Assembly: GCF_004010195.1 (NCBI RefSeq)
Contig: NC_057751.1
Span: 1,314,363-1,378,362 of the forward strand
DNA length: 64,000 nt
Source: Chiloscyllium plagiosum
Lineage: Eukaryota
Direction: 5' to 3'
Below the pieces are notes generated by a model that worked only from the letters and a program-made list of their open reading frames with translations, made no database searches and was not told where the DNA came from. Positions 12,327-24,200 of the stretch are shown piece after piece (the first letter of the stretch is position 1; the number at the start of each line of letters is the position of its first letter). Both the position numbers and the translations under genes were made by a program.

Positions 12327-12826
12327 NNNNNNNNNNNNNNNNNNNNNNNNNNNNNNNNNNNNNNNNNNNNNNNNNNNNNNNNNNNNNNNNNNNNNNNNNN
12401 NNNNNNNNNNNNNNNNNNNNNNNNNNNNNNNNNNNNNNNNNNNNNNNNNNNNNNNNNNNNNNNNNNNNNNNNNNNNNNNNNNNNNNNNNNNNNNNNNNNN
12501 NNNNNNNNNNNNNNNNNNNNNNNNNNNNNNNNNNNNNNNNNNNNNNNNNNNNNNNNNNNNNNNNNNNNNNNNNNNNNNNNNNNNNNNNNNNNNNNNNNNN
12601 NNNNNNNNNNNNNNNNNNNNNNNNNNNNNNNNNNNNNNNNNNNNNNNNNNNNNNNNNNNNNNNNNNNNNNNNNNNNNNNNNNNNNNNNNNNNNNNNNNNN
12701 NNNNNNNNNNNNNNNNNNNNNNNNNNNNNNNNNNNNNNNNNNNNNNNNNNNNNNNNNNNNNNNNNNNNNNNNNNNNNNNNNNNNNNNNNNNNNNNNNNNN
12801 NNNNNNNNNNNNNNNNNNNNNNNNNN
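12327..12826. other. 500-N scaffold gap
   Basis: Exactly 500 N, a placeholder size; true length unknown. Confidence 0.98.
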
Positions 12827-14429
12827 CAAATTGTTCCTCGGATGACAAATATTAAGACCAAGACTAGGAAACCCTGGATGTCATGGGGCGTAAAGGTTAG
12901 GTTCAAAGAAAAAAAAATCAACGTTTAGGATAAAAACTGAGGGCTCAGTACTTGACAGTACATGGGGCTGCTTAGGAAGTGCAGAAGGGAATTTCAAAAG
13001 GAAATTCAGAGTGCTCGAGGAAGAATTGGTGGCTAGAAGAAGGAAAGGAAAACCCAACATTTAAAAAAAAAACAAGGCAGGATCAATTGTTCGTGGTGAG
13101 CCAGGCAAGTCCATCAGTAGCAAATCCAGTGTTAATAAACAGATCCCTAAAGAGCTGGTGAAAACACAGATTTCACAATCTGAAGTGATGTGAGCAGACT
13201 CCCTGTCGCACGATTCTCCGTCTCTGTTAAATACAGATCGATAATAGCAAATAAAAGGATGCAACATTGCATCAGTTCGGCCAAGCCCCAGGATCCTGTT
13301 GGTGAGCCTGGAGAATGTCAAAGGAACTGAAATTGGGTGAGGCTCGGGAACACTATCACTCTGGGAATGTAGTTGCTGAAATTAGCTCAGTGTTCTGCCG
13401 AAAGTCACTTGTGTTTGGCAGAGGACAAGCTGAGTGCTTGGACCCTGTTCAGGGTACAACCAGAGATGCACTTTAATCTCCTTTCAACAAACAAAATGAC
13501 AGCAGCCCCGTGTTTCTGGTGATGAAAACGCCATCGCTAACAGAGAGAGCGTGAGTATTGTCACTTAGTAACACAATCAGCTCCACCCAGTGCCTCACCT
13601 TTCCATCTCTAACGGGAAACTTCCCCTCGGGCATTCTGAGGGAGAGAGCTACACTGCCTTTTTTCTTTATCTTCCTCTCTCTCTCTCTGTCTCTCTTCTC
13701 CCCCTTCCCCTTCTCAATCTCTCCCCACTCTGTGTTTGTATGCTGTCTATGTCCCCAAGTGGATAACCTCACATTTCTCCATACCCTATTGCTGCCAGTC
13801 ACTCACTCAGCCTCTCCCAGTGACGCAGCTGTGCCTTCACCATGTTTGTACCCTGCACTGTTTCATTTTGCTTTCACTGACCTTGTGTGGGACCCGAGCT
13901 TTTTTTTTAAAAAAAAAGCTTTCTGAAATGTCCCCAACAGGTGACATTCCCTGACCGATTCTGCTCCTCAAATCCTCAAAGGAATCTAACAGGTTTGTCA
14001 ATGTCTTCTATTTCAAAAATCCATGTTGATTCTGTCTAAATCTGTGATCATTTTTCTAATTGAGCCCTGATCACAGATCTATTCTAACAGATACAAGCAC
14101 TTTCATGGTGCCTTGATGTCAGTGCTCAGGCTGAGAGAAATCTGGGAACTGGATATCTCTTTCCTTTCACAAACAGTTGTGTACACTTAGCATCTTCAAT
14201 TTACAGGAAGCACTTTACAGGTTATCTTCTTGGTCATCTTCCAAATTTGTATTTACTAAGAGGAAGTCATGAAACTGGGCCAATGATTGAAATGGCTTTC
14301 ATGATATTTTCTCTCACTAGTGTAAATGTAGTCTCTGTGGCTGTTTTCCCTGAAATCGAGAGTGCCTTTTCATTTATTCAGTTAAAGGTAACAATCCTTT
14401 CTCACCCAACTTACTACTCTTCCAGCAGC

Positions 14430-14905
14430 CCATTGGAAGGATGTAGTGAAACTTGAAAGAGTTCAGAAAAGATTTACAAGGATGTTGCCAGGGTTGGAGG
14501 GTTTGAGCTACAGGGAGAGGCTGAACAGGCTGGGGCTGTTTTCCCTCGGAGGCTGAGCGGTGACCTTATAGAGGTTTATAAAATTATGAGGGAGATGGAT
14601 AGGATAAATAGGCAAAGTCTTTTCCCTGGGGTCAGGGAGTCCAGAACTAGAGGACATAGGTTTAGGGTGAGAGGGGAAGATTTAAAAGAGACCTAAGGAG
14701 CGACTTTTTCTCAGGGTGGTGTGTATATGGAATGAGCTGCCAGAGGAAGTGGAGGCTGGTACAGTTACAGCATTGAAAAGGCATCTGAATGGGTTTATGA
14801 ATAGGAAGGGTTCCAAGGGATATGGGCCAGCATTGGCAAATGGGACTGGATTAAATCAGGTTGGCATGGACGAGTTGAACCTAAGAGTCTGTTTCTGTGC
14901 TGTAT
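14430..14905 (+). mobile_element. CR1 LINE 3' fragment
   Basis: RFTRMLPGLEGLSYRERLNRLGLFS and WNELPEEV motifs. Confidence 0.9.
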
Positions 14906-15499
14906 CAGGTTATGCAGGGAGTTTTCAAATCTGAAAAATCTCAGCACCAGCCCAATGCCATCTCCAATGATCTTTGGTGAATTTCTGCCATGCATCCTGT
15001 AGATAGTACACACTGCTAGTGCTGATAATTGGTGGTGGAGGGAGTGGACGTTTAAAATAGTGGATCAGATCGTGTTCAAGTGGGTAGCTCTGTCCTGGAT
15101 GGTGTTAAACATTGAGTCTTGTTTGACCTGCACTCAGTAAGGCAAGTCGGGAGTATTACACCCCTGATATGTGGCTTGTTGGTGGTGGGCTGGCTCTGAG
15201 GAGTCAGGAGGGAAGTTACTCGCTTGCAATATTCCTAGAAAAGCAATTGTCCATGCAATGAGTGAAGATTCCTGGGAGGCACTGCCTGAGAATGAGGGAG
15301 AGCTCAGAAGGGAATCAGATTGGTTTTGAACAGGGAGTAATAGATACAGTGGCTGGCAAAAGATAGGGCTCTGTCCCAAGGGGACCTTTTTGATTCAGAG
15401 ACCCAGTTAATGCAGGCACAAGTGGCTGAATAGTGGTGTTCTCCACTGTTACCAATGGATGATTTTGGAGTCCGAGCATAGGGACTAACTGAAAAAGTG

Positions 15500-16330
15500 A
15501 CCTCTCAGGAGAGCAGTAACCTGATGGGCTGGTAGGAAATCTGTTTGAGATTACCAGCCAAAAACTAAAGACCTGAATTAACCAAGGATTAACTAAGTAA
15601 TAATTTAACTAACAAAGTAGAGATGTCCGGGCAGGTGACGTTTTCCAGCTGTATGATGTGGCAGCTGGCTGATCTCATTGTGAGCTGCAGTGACCACATC
15701 TGCAGCAAGTGTTGGTTGCTGGAGGAACTTGGGCTCAGCATGGATGTTCTGGAGTCCACACTACACACGTCAATGAGGGGGAGAGTTAACGGAATGTTTT
15801 GTTGCAGGAGGTGGTCATGCCTGGGAGATTAAGTACCACAAATTCAGTCAGTGGCCATGGACAGCAGGGTGTGAGGGATCCTGTATTCATGAAGAGAGGA
15901 ACCTGTGCTCATGACCTTATCCAACAGGTACAAGGTCCTTGCTCCCTGTGTGGATGAGGAACAGAGCTGTAGGGAGAATGAGCCAGCTGACCATGGCACT
16001 GTGATACAGGGGACCATTCAAGAGCGGGAGTGAAAAGGCAAGTGGTAGTTGTAGGGAAGGAGATAGGATCCTTTGTAAGCAGGATAGAGAATCCCACACC
16101 GTCTGTTACCTGCCTGGTGTCAGAGGAAGGGACATGTCTGACTGGCTTGAAAGGATATTGGAGAGGGAGGGGGAGGATCCAGTTGTGCTCCATGTCAGGA
16201 CAAACAACAAAAGCAAGACGAGAAAACAGGGACTTGTTTAGGAATCATCAGGAACTAGGAACCAAATCAGAGAACAGGCCCTCAAGGGTTATAGTGTCCG
16301 GATTACTACCTGAGCCATGTGCACCTTGGC
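15500..16330 (+). mobile_element. Decayed CR1 ORF1 fragment
   Basis: SSCMMW...HICSKCWLLEEL zinc-finger-like start and RVIVSGLLPEP esterase-region motif, related to ORF1 at 27700-28550. Confidence 0.7.
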
Positions 16331-17145
16331 GGAGATATGTGAGAAGACAGGAGGGAGAGAGGGAAGGTGGGGGTGGGAGAGAGGAGAGAATTTCCTCGAT
16401 CCAATCCTTTCATAATCTTCTCAGGACCCTAGTTTAACAGGTGGTTGAAATAATAACACCAGAAAAATCCGCCCAGATGATCTGGGGAAATCTCCAAGCT
16501 GGGACTGGTCACCCCCTGCTCAGTACTATCTCTGATCTATCCTGGATCAATGGCATACTGGACGTCCCTCACCTCCATTCTCTCAGAGAGGCAGCGACTG
16601 GTTATACCCTTTGCTCGGGTGGTGGTTAAATCTTGTTGGCTGAGAGTCAGATTCCTAACTGCACCTTTGAACCTAATCTCTTCAGAAATCCTGATGAGGT
16701 GCAGCAGAGTACAAGTGGAGAGTTGGGAAGGAATAGGAATTTTGCAAGGAGGGAATTATTTGAAAATGCTCCTACATGGGAGGGAGCTGGCATTGATATA
16801 AACAGGGATCTTGTAGCTGAACGCTGTGTTCAACTGAGGAATGAAACTTGAGAATAAGCAGAGAGAGAAGCAGTCCTCACAACAGCTGGGGAGAATGAAC
16901 AAGGAAAAACAGAATTTATTAACCAAACTGAGAATGACTCTTCAGAGCACCTTGTGTTTTAATTTCCGATTTCCAGCATCCCAGAGTAATTTGGCTGTTA
17001 TTGTGAAAAGGGGGGAGTTAGCTATTTGAGGCTGGTTTTTTCAATGTTAAAGTCATCCGCTGATCTTATTATTGTTCCTGAATGCTGTGAATTCAGATGA
17101 AAAAATTTGTGTGCCTTTCATTGATAAAAGGTGAGCTGTGGGAGC

Positions 17146-17540
17146 ATAGAGTCATAGAGATGTACAGCACGGAAACAGACCCTTCGGTCCAACCCGTCCA
17201 GATATCCCAACCCAATCTAGTCCCACCTGCCAGCCTCTGGCCCATATCCCTCCAAACCCTTCCTATTCATATACCCATCCAAATGCCTCTTAGATGTTGA
17301 AATTGTACCAGCCTCCACCACTTCCTCTGGCAGCTCATTCCATACATGTACCACCCTCTGCGTGAAAAAGTTGCCCCTCAGGTCTCTTTTTATATCTTTC
17401 CCCTCTCACCCTCTAGTTCTGGACTGCCCAACCCCAGGGAAAAGACTCTGCCTATTTACCCTATCCATGCACTTCATAATTTTGTAAACCTCTAGAAGGT
17501 CACCCCTCAGCCTCTGACGCTCCAGGGAAAACAGCCCAGG
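17146..17540 (-). mobile_element. CR1 LINE 3' fragment
   Basis: atagagtcatagag tail; reverse complement of the 34148-34625 element. Confidence 0.9.
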
Positions 17541-18024
17541 ATGAACATGTTTTCATACTCAGTCTTCTCTACTCTCCTGATGTCTGGCTAACAGTGACAA
17601 AGGCAGCAGTTGTAGCCTGTCCCCTTGTCCGGTTGCTCCATCATTTCAGAAAGCAGTGTAGTGCCAACCTTGTGGCTGGAGGTCTGGAGTCACATGGAGG
17701 CAGACTTCCCTTCCTGATCAACATTGGTGAACCAGATGGGATTTGTTTTAACAATTATTGGTGACTGTGAGACTCAGCAAGACTAAATTGACGATTCCTC
17801 CACCTCCCATGACCTCAGAGTATTTGAATGAGTCTTAGATTACCTGTCCAGTGATATTACATCCACCACTATCTCCCCAAACTGGGGTGAGCCTGACTGA
17901 GACTATATTGTCCACATTTCACGTGTACCTTTCAGTACAACACAATTGTGAGCTGTGAATTGAAATCTGAGAGAAGGATTGTGTTTGATTTGTTTGTATC
18001 TCCTATTTTGACCAGGTATCCACC

Positions 18025-18375
18025 ATGAGACAGAAGCTGGCAGTTACTCTGGTCATCATCGCTCTTGTTGCTGATCTCATCCTTGTGGAAGGAAAGGTCA
18101 GGTCAGGAACCAAACCAGGCAAACATCCCGGCCACAGCAAAAAGAAGATTTCTGACAAGGCCAAGATAGCGATGGCTGCTGGAGCTGGAGCCCTGGGAGG
18201 GGTAGTCATTGGCTCAGGTTTGAGCCATGGACAGGGGGGCCGGATGAGAAACCATCACCATCACCATAACTATGTCAATGGGACTGGGCAAAATGGTGCG
18301 ATGGGCCCTTGCCCAATGGCCAGGGTCTGGCTGTTGGGTTCAGTCTTTACACTAACGTACTGTGTTTCAGTGTAG
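18025..18375 (+). CDS. sprn2: Prion-protein-family GPI-anchored protein, Shadoo/Shadoo-2-like, 116 aa (family confident, sprn2/SPRNB orthology tentative)
   Basis: Kozak ccaccATG; acceptor tcctattttgaccAG at 18014-18015, 9 nt before the ATG; whole ORF in one exon. Signal peptide 1-23 (VEG|K); basic segment KVRSGTKPGKHPGHSKKKISDKAK; hydrophobic tract IAMAAGAGALGGVVIGSGL (cf. PrP [22 protein letters not shown]); HHHHH; NGT sequon (cf. Shadoo NGTG); NGA omega site plus hydrophobic tail VWLLGSVFTLTYCVSV. Confidence 0.85.
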   Translation: MRQKLAVTLVIIALVADLILVEGKVRSGTKPGKHPGHSKKKISDKAKIAMAAGAGALGGVVIGSGLSHGQGGRMRNHHHHHNYVNGTGQNGAMGPCPMARVWLLGSVFTLTYCVSV

Positions 18376-20173
18376 TATAGTGTTGTGTGGCTTCTACCTG
18401 CATGCTCTCTGTTTCTCTATGCCTTCCAGCAAGTGCTTCATTGAGATTGGAATCTGAATTCCAAATCTCTTTCCTCCGTGTTTCCCTTGCAGGAACTCCT
18501 TTCTGGTCTGAGCAGTATTAAAACTGTGACCTGTTGCTGCTGCACTTTGTTCGAGCCTAGGTCAAACTCTCAGAACACATATCCAGGGCACCATCATCAT
18601 CATCAACACAGGCTTTTCCACACAGTGCTGCTGGCTTGGACAATTGCATGCATCACTTTACAATTCCCCAGTTGCTGACATGAATCCTGTGTGCTCCACA
18701 CTTGTGCACCCACAGTTCAACTGTGACCACTCTTCCCTCTCGGCTTCCACGAGCCTCAGATATTGATGAGACCAGTGAGTATTGAGAAGATTTGTAGCTC
18801 AGGTTGAGGTTCTGGATGTAAGTTTGCTCACTGAGCTGGACGGTTCATTTTCAGACGTTTCATATCAGTGATTTGGTTATCCCTTCTGAAGTTTATGCTC
18901 TTCCTGTCTATTTGTGCAGCTTGAGACATGAGGGAGTGAGGGCCTTATGAGCCTCCAGTTTGTAATCGTTGTATTTTACCACAACCCTTGGGCTTGTTGC
19001 AGTCTGTCTTGATGAAGAGAAATTGTGAGATGGTAAAAGTGAAATAAAAGGGAGAAATACTCCAGGAAGATTGTCTTGTCCAACACTGGGTTTGCTTTTG
19101 CTCTTGCCTCTGTAGCTGGCATTGATTTCTTTTAGATGCTGGGCTGCTTTCACTCTGTTTCCAGCGTTTCACTTCCATTCCAAATCCCCCACCCCCGATT
19201 CCATTTGTGTTTCTTGCTGCTGGATAAGAGGAGGTGAGAAAATTCAATTGAAGTGTTTTCATCGAGACAGGGGGTCGCTGGTCAGTCCCTCAGATTGTTC
19301 AGCCAAACTTCATTCATTTAACCTGACTCCTTATCCCTCCAAAACACAACATGGCACAGATCGATTATCCTCCAATTTGCAGGAGACAATCCTCCCTTAC
19401 CTCCCTGGAATACTGTTTGGGGGGAGACAGTTCCAGATTTCGAAAAACTCTGAATTATCATGTGACCATTGAGATTGTCAATGAATGGTTCCCACTCATT
19501 TGGAGATCCTGACCCATGCTGTAACCCTCACATAAGAGAGAATCATCTCTCTCTCTCTCTGTCTGTCTGTCTGTCTTACATGGGAGGCCCCAGAATTGGA
19601 AGCTGTTTCTCAGTTATAGACTTGGAAGAGACCCTGTCCTCATTGATCCTGTCAAATTCTCTCGAAACCTCTCCTCTCTCAATGAAAACACACACATTCG
19701 TAGCAACTAAGGGTCATTTTAGAGCCAGCGTCCTCAACCATTGTTCCCTCAGGCAAGCACAAGTCTTTTTTTCCAAATATTATATTATTGAGTGTTCATA
19801 AAGATGATTGGCTGGTGCAGTGTTGGTGTAGGAATAGGATCGGGTCAGTATGAAGCCTAGAGGTGATTGTGAGCTACTATTGATCAGAAGGTCACTTGCT
19901 CTCAGTGCCGATTAGCACTTGTAAAAGTCAGGAAGCAAATGCTGTTCACTTTAGGGTTGAAATGGTGGTTGTCCAAGCTCAGGTATTGGATCCAGTCTGT
20001 GGTTTCTGAGTGGCAGGTGGATACACAATCCTGGTATGGGACTGACCTTTTGAGAACAAGACATTAGTTTGTCACTATTTCCACACCTCAGAAGTTAGGA
20101 ATTAATTTGCAGAGCAGCTGATTTGTCACCAAAGCTGAAATGAGTGGTCAATTTACCTGGAAGGAAAAAGAAA

Positions 20174-20362
20174 ATTAAAAATCACACTACACCGGGTTAT
20201 AATCCAACAGGTTTAATTGGAAGCACACTAGCTTTTGGAGCGTCGCTCCTACATCAGGTGGTTGTCAAAGCTAGTGTGCTTCCAAATAAACCTGTTGAAC
20301 TATAACCTGGTGTAGTGTGATTTTTAATTTTGTACACCCCAGTCCAACACCGGCATCTCCAA
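20174..20362. mobile_element. Inverted pair of family B Penelope-derived repeats within the putative 3' UTR of the Shadoo-like gene
   Basis: aaattaaaaatcacactacacc...cactagcttt and aaagctagtgtg...ggtgtagtgtgatttttaattt are reverse complements. Confidence 0.8.
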
Positions 20363-21253
20363 ATGATGACTACTATCGGAAAACCAAACGAGTTTGGGCT
20401 TCTCCTGGGGTGTTTGTCTGTCATGAGGAAAAGGACAGACAGAGGACTTGCAGATAGGCATGAGTATTCCGATATAGCTCAGTATAGCTCAGGTTATCTT
20501 CTTCCTTGCATAATGGTCACAGGTGAAGGGCTGCTTCTGTCTGACTTGAATCATATGAAATCTTTGCTGTTTGAATTTGCTGTATGTTTGTCATTGTGCC
20601 TTCAGGAGTGGGTCTGAGTCTGTCAGTCTCATTTCTATTTGGAGCAGGTGGGTTTTTTTAAATATCAGGGTAGTTTTTTTTGAGTTGTGATTGATAAGTA
20701 TGTAGTCTTTCCATCTACTGAATGTTTATTTATTTGTTTGTTTTGTTGAGTGGATTACCTCTGAAGTACTGAGTGCACTGTATCAGTATGATTGTCTCAG
20801 GCGATGCAGCTTTCATTTAGAGAAGGAGTCTGTTTGAGCTGTCTGCAGGCTTGCTGTTATTTTATATTGTCTCAGTCAAATGGAGGTTGGCACAGTTGCT
20901 CTCTTTGATCAGTATTTAAAGGACGAGAAACCAAATTGGGTGGAAGGAGTAGTCCTGAGGCTGCTGTGTTCAGCTGCACTCGGCTTATCAGAGACAATGT
21001 GAAAGGTAGGAAAAGGGAGCTTTGCTGATCATGGTAATCAGGAGAAAAGATGACCAGAATTGTTTTGATGACTTGCGTTTTCTTAATATTCCCAGTCCTG
21101 ATGTTGTGCAAACATGCCTGAGAATATTTCTATGTATATCTCACTAGCTTTGAAATTTCTGGAGCTGATTTAAAAATGTTACTTGCTAATTGAAGGGATT
21201 ATTATGTGATGAAGCCTTAAAATGTCGCAGACATTAGCATGCAGCTTTGGAAG

Positions 21254-21259
21254 AATAAA
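21254..21259 (+). terminator. Candidate polyadenylation signal of the Shadoo-like gene
   Basis: AATAAA preceded by AT/T-rich UTR-like sequence and followed by a GT-rich element (gtgttgaatgcgtgtgtcttcatgtgt). An alternative AATAAA lies at 19043-19048. Confidence 0.35.
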
Positions 21260-24200
21260 AATCAAGGAACCAGGTGTTGAATGCGTGTGTCTTCATGTGT
21301 CCACATGGGTGTGTTTTACGGGAGGGAGTTCATAAACTTCTCTCTGATCCCGGGATTATCACTGGCCTGAGGAATTGCCAAGTCAGCCTTGGGTGAAGGA
21401 TCTTTGGAAACATGATTGTGCTTCTTGTCCAATAAATACAAAACAACAGAAACATCCCATAAACAAGAAACAAACCAATAAGTTAACTCTTTGAAAGAAG
21501 AATCATATCAGACATCAAATGTCAACTCTATTCCTCCGTCAGCAGATGCTGACAGATCCAGCATTTTCACTTCTGATTCCTGATTCCCGATCTCCAGTAG
21601 CCGCAGGACTTTGCTTTGACTTGACATAGTCAGTTAATCCCTTTCAGTCAAGGTGTCAGCCAGGACACTGTGTTTGAAGTCACTCAGCTCCTCTTTAACA
21701 GCAGAATTCTGCAGGAACAGGCTGTTCTGCCCATCTATTCCAGGATAAATAGAGTGGATAGGTTGGGCTGGATCCCCTTCTTCAGAATGAACGATATGTC
21801 CAAGTGCTCCATTGAGTCTTCATTGGAATTATGAGAGATACAAAATCACCTTATCCATCAGATGGAACCATTTCCAGGATTCCGGCAGGAGATTCCAAAT
21901 TTGTTAAGGCTCTATTTTAATGAGTTGCCAGTATCTTATGCAAGTTGGGTCAAGGGCAGCCTCTCCATTTAAGGTTCATGCTTTTCCCCACTATATGGTT
22001 GAAGGAGCTGTCCTGGTACTTACTCTTTCAGTGCAATGCTGATGGACGGCAGCAAAGCAGAGAGGCAAAGAAATCTAGTTAGTTTTTCTGTTGAGGTGGA
22101 AGAGAGACACAGCAGGTAGACCTTGTAGTCCCTTAACGCGAATCGTCAACATTTGGGAAGTCATTCCCCATTCGCTGATGGGTAGCTGTGTATCAGCAGT
22201 TTGTGAAATGGAAACTGGATAAAGATGACAAAGGCACTGTTTCTGGGATGTGACTAAGGAACAGGGAATGGGATCCTTGTATCTTTTCCCCACACGTGCA
22301 GGTGATTCTTTCACAGTTCCCTTCATCCTGGACAATGTTCCCTGTAACAAGATTGTGCTGCAGAAGAGCTATTCCCCCCCCACCATGGTCTCCTCTTCAC
22401 GTTGTCTGCTGTCCATCACACATTGCTGCTTCTTATTGCCTCTCTGAGGGAACTGACCGTCTCGCTTTTAAAAGCAGGCAAACAATGGGCAGAACGGCCT
22501 CTGGTTTTAAATGGATCCTCAGACCCAATAATTCCCCTCTCACAGATTATTGTTCCTTCAGGGGCCAGTAGCAGAATTCACGGCTTTGAGTTGAACCTGT
22601 GTCACAGCCCCATAAAAATTCATGATAACACGTTCTCTGAGGAGACTCCTTGAGAGTGCGACTCCTGATTAATCCCACGCTGAGCCAGACAAGTACAACT
22701 CGGTGAAGGGTGCCATGAAATAAAGAATATTGAGATGGGAATCTTTCTTTCACGAGTTCAGGCTGCCAGCCCAGCAGCTGAGGGTGCAGTTCCGGAGGCT
22801 CACGCTGAGTGAGTGAGTGAGCACAGAGCGATGGCTGGGTTTTATTCCAGAGTGAAAAAGGTTCCAAACAAGAACCTGAAATGTTCTCTGCTTGAAGCAT
22901 TCTGACTCATTATCTATCAATCAATTTGCATAATCAATTATTTATAAATAGTGAAAGAAGTTCAATAAATTATTTGCTAAATGTTGGGGATAGATTTGAA
23001 CCTATAGCTCTGGGAAGCAGGTAATATTAACTGGGCCTCTGCTCTATCCATTAGGACAGTGGCTATAGGTGGAGCTCAATGCTCTGGGTGTATTTATCTT
23101 GCGAGGAACCAGTTGCGCTGCTGAGATGCTAAGTATAAGTTCCGAATGCTAGTTTAAGTGAAAGTGCTGGTGGCAGAGTGGTAAAGGAATGGTTTGTGGA
23201 AGTCAGCCTCATACCTTCGAATCCCAGCTGGGGATTTTAGTGATTTTAAGGAAATGTTTATTTTGGTGAGACCAGTAAAACCCGACATCCTCTGGTGGCA
23301 CTCTCTCCAGTTATCACAGAGTTGGAATTAGATCTTACTCAGCACTGAGTTCACTAACCAAATTTAGGTATTCTAAACTTTCATATCTTAGGCTATGCTT
23401 ATTCCCTACTCTGGGACTTGAACCCTAGACCTTTCAGATCCTATCCAGGCTCTCTAACTGCATGCCACCAGACACATGTCTGAAAGGATTACTCTTCAGG
23501 GATATTTATCTTCTAAAACTGTGATATCAACAACAAAATAAAAATTCCTCTCTTCTAACCAACAAGCTGGAGTGAACAGTGGTGGTCAGCCAAGTGTTTC
23601 AAACTTTGGATACAGAATTGGTCCAAACACTGAAGTTAGTTAATGTCAGATTTCTCACTAGCCTCCAGCACCAGCAGGCACAGCCACAGCCACAATGTTT
23701 CCTTTCACAGATTTGCATGACTGAGTGCTTTCCCATTCCATGGAGATGCTCAGTTTTGGATCCTCCTCCCTCCCGTCACCACCTCATTCTGCACTTTCAC
23801 CTTGAGCGGATAGACAGCTCTGATTTGTGCACTCGGTCATCCTTTCTCATCAGAAAGAGGTGGCTATTCTTTGCAACAGCTTGAAACAGCACCTTCCAAA
23901 ACCCAACACTTCTTCTGCCAGTGAGACAGGGGGGGTGGGGGGCTGCAGCAGATAAATGGCAACACCACCCCCTGCAGGTTCTCCTCCCTGGTACTCACCA
24001 CATCACCATTCCTTCAGTGTCACTGGGTCAAAACCCTGCAACTCCCCCCTCGCTGTCGTGGCTGGCCTCCATCTTGGCAAGGGGATAAAGTTCTGGTGCT
24101 GCTTCCAGCTCCCATTTTACTATCTGTCAGTCTACCATCAGATTATTGTTTTCCCTTATGCTGGAACCAAAGAAATCTGACTTGTGATGGTTGATTGTCC

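Noticed and set aside
12209..12928. Long ORFs across N runs (also 34979-35649 and 37586-37995)
   Set aside because: Artefacts of translating assembly gaps.
18003..18209. 68-aa minus ORF
   Set aside because: Antisense shadow of the Shadoo-like ORF.
18478..18678. 66-aa ORF with PGHHHHHQH as a second His-rich prion-like gene
   Set aside because: GTG start, no signal peptide, hydrophobic tract or GPI signal; a (cat)n microsatellite in the probable 3' UTR.
22547..22931. Minus-strand ORF with nearby octamer ATTTGCAT and a TATA-like element, as an immunoglobulin-type promoter and leader
   Set aside because: Spacing is wrong, the nearest ATG closes after 15 codons, and no V domain or recombination signal is visible.
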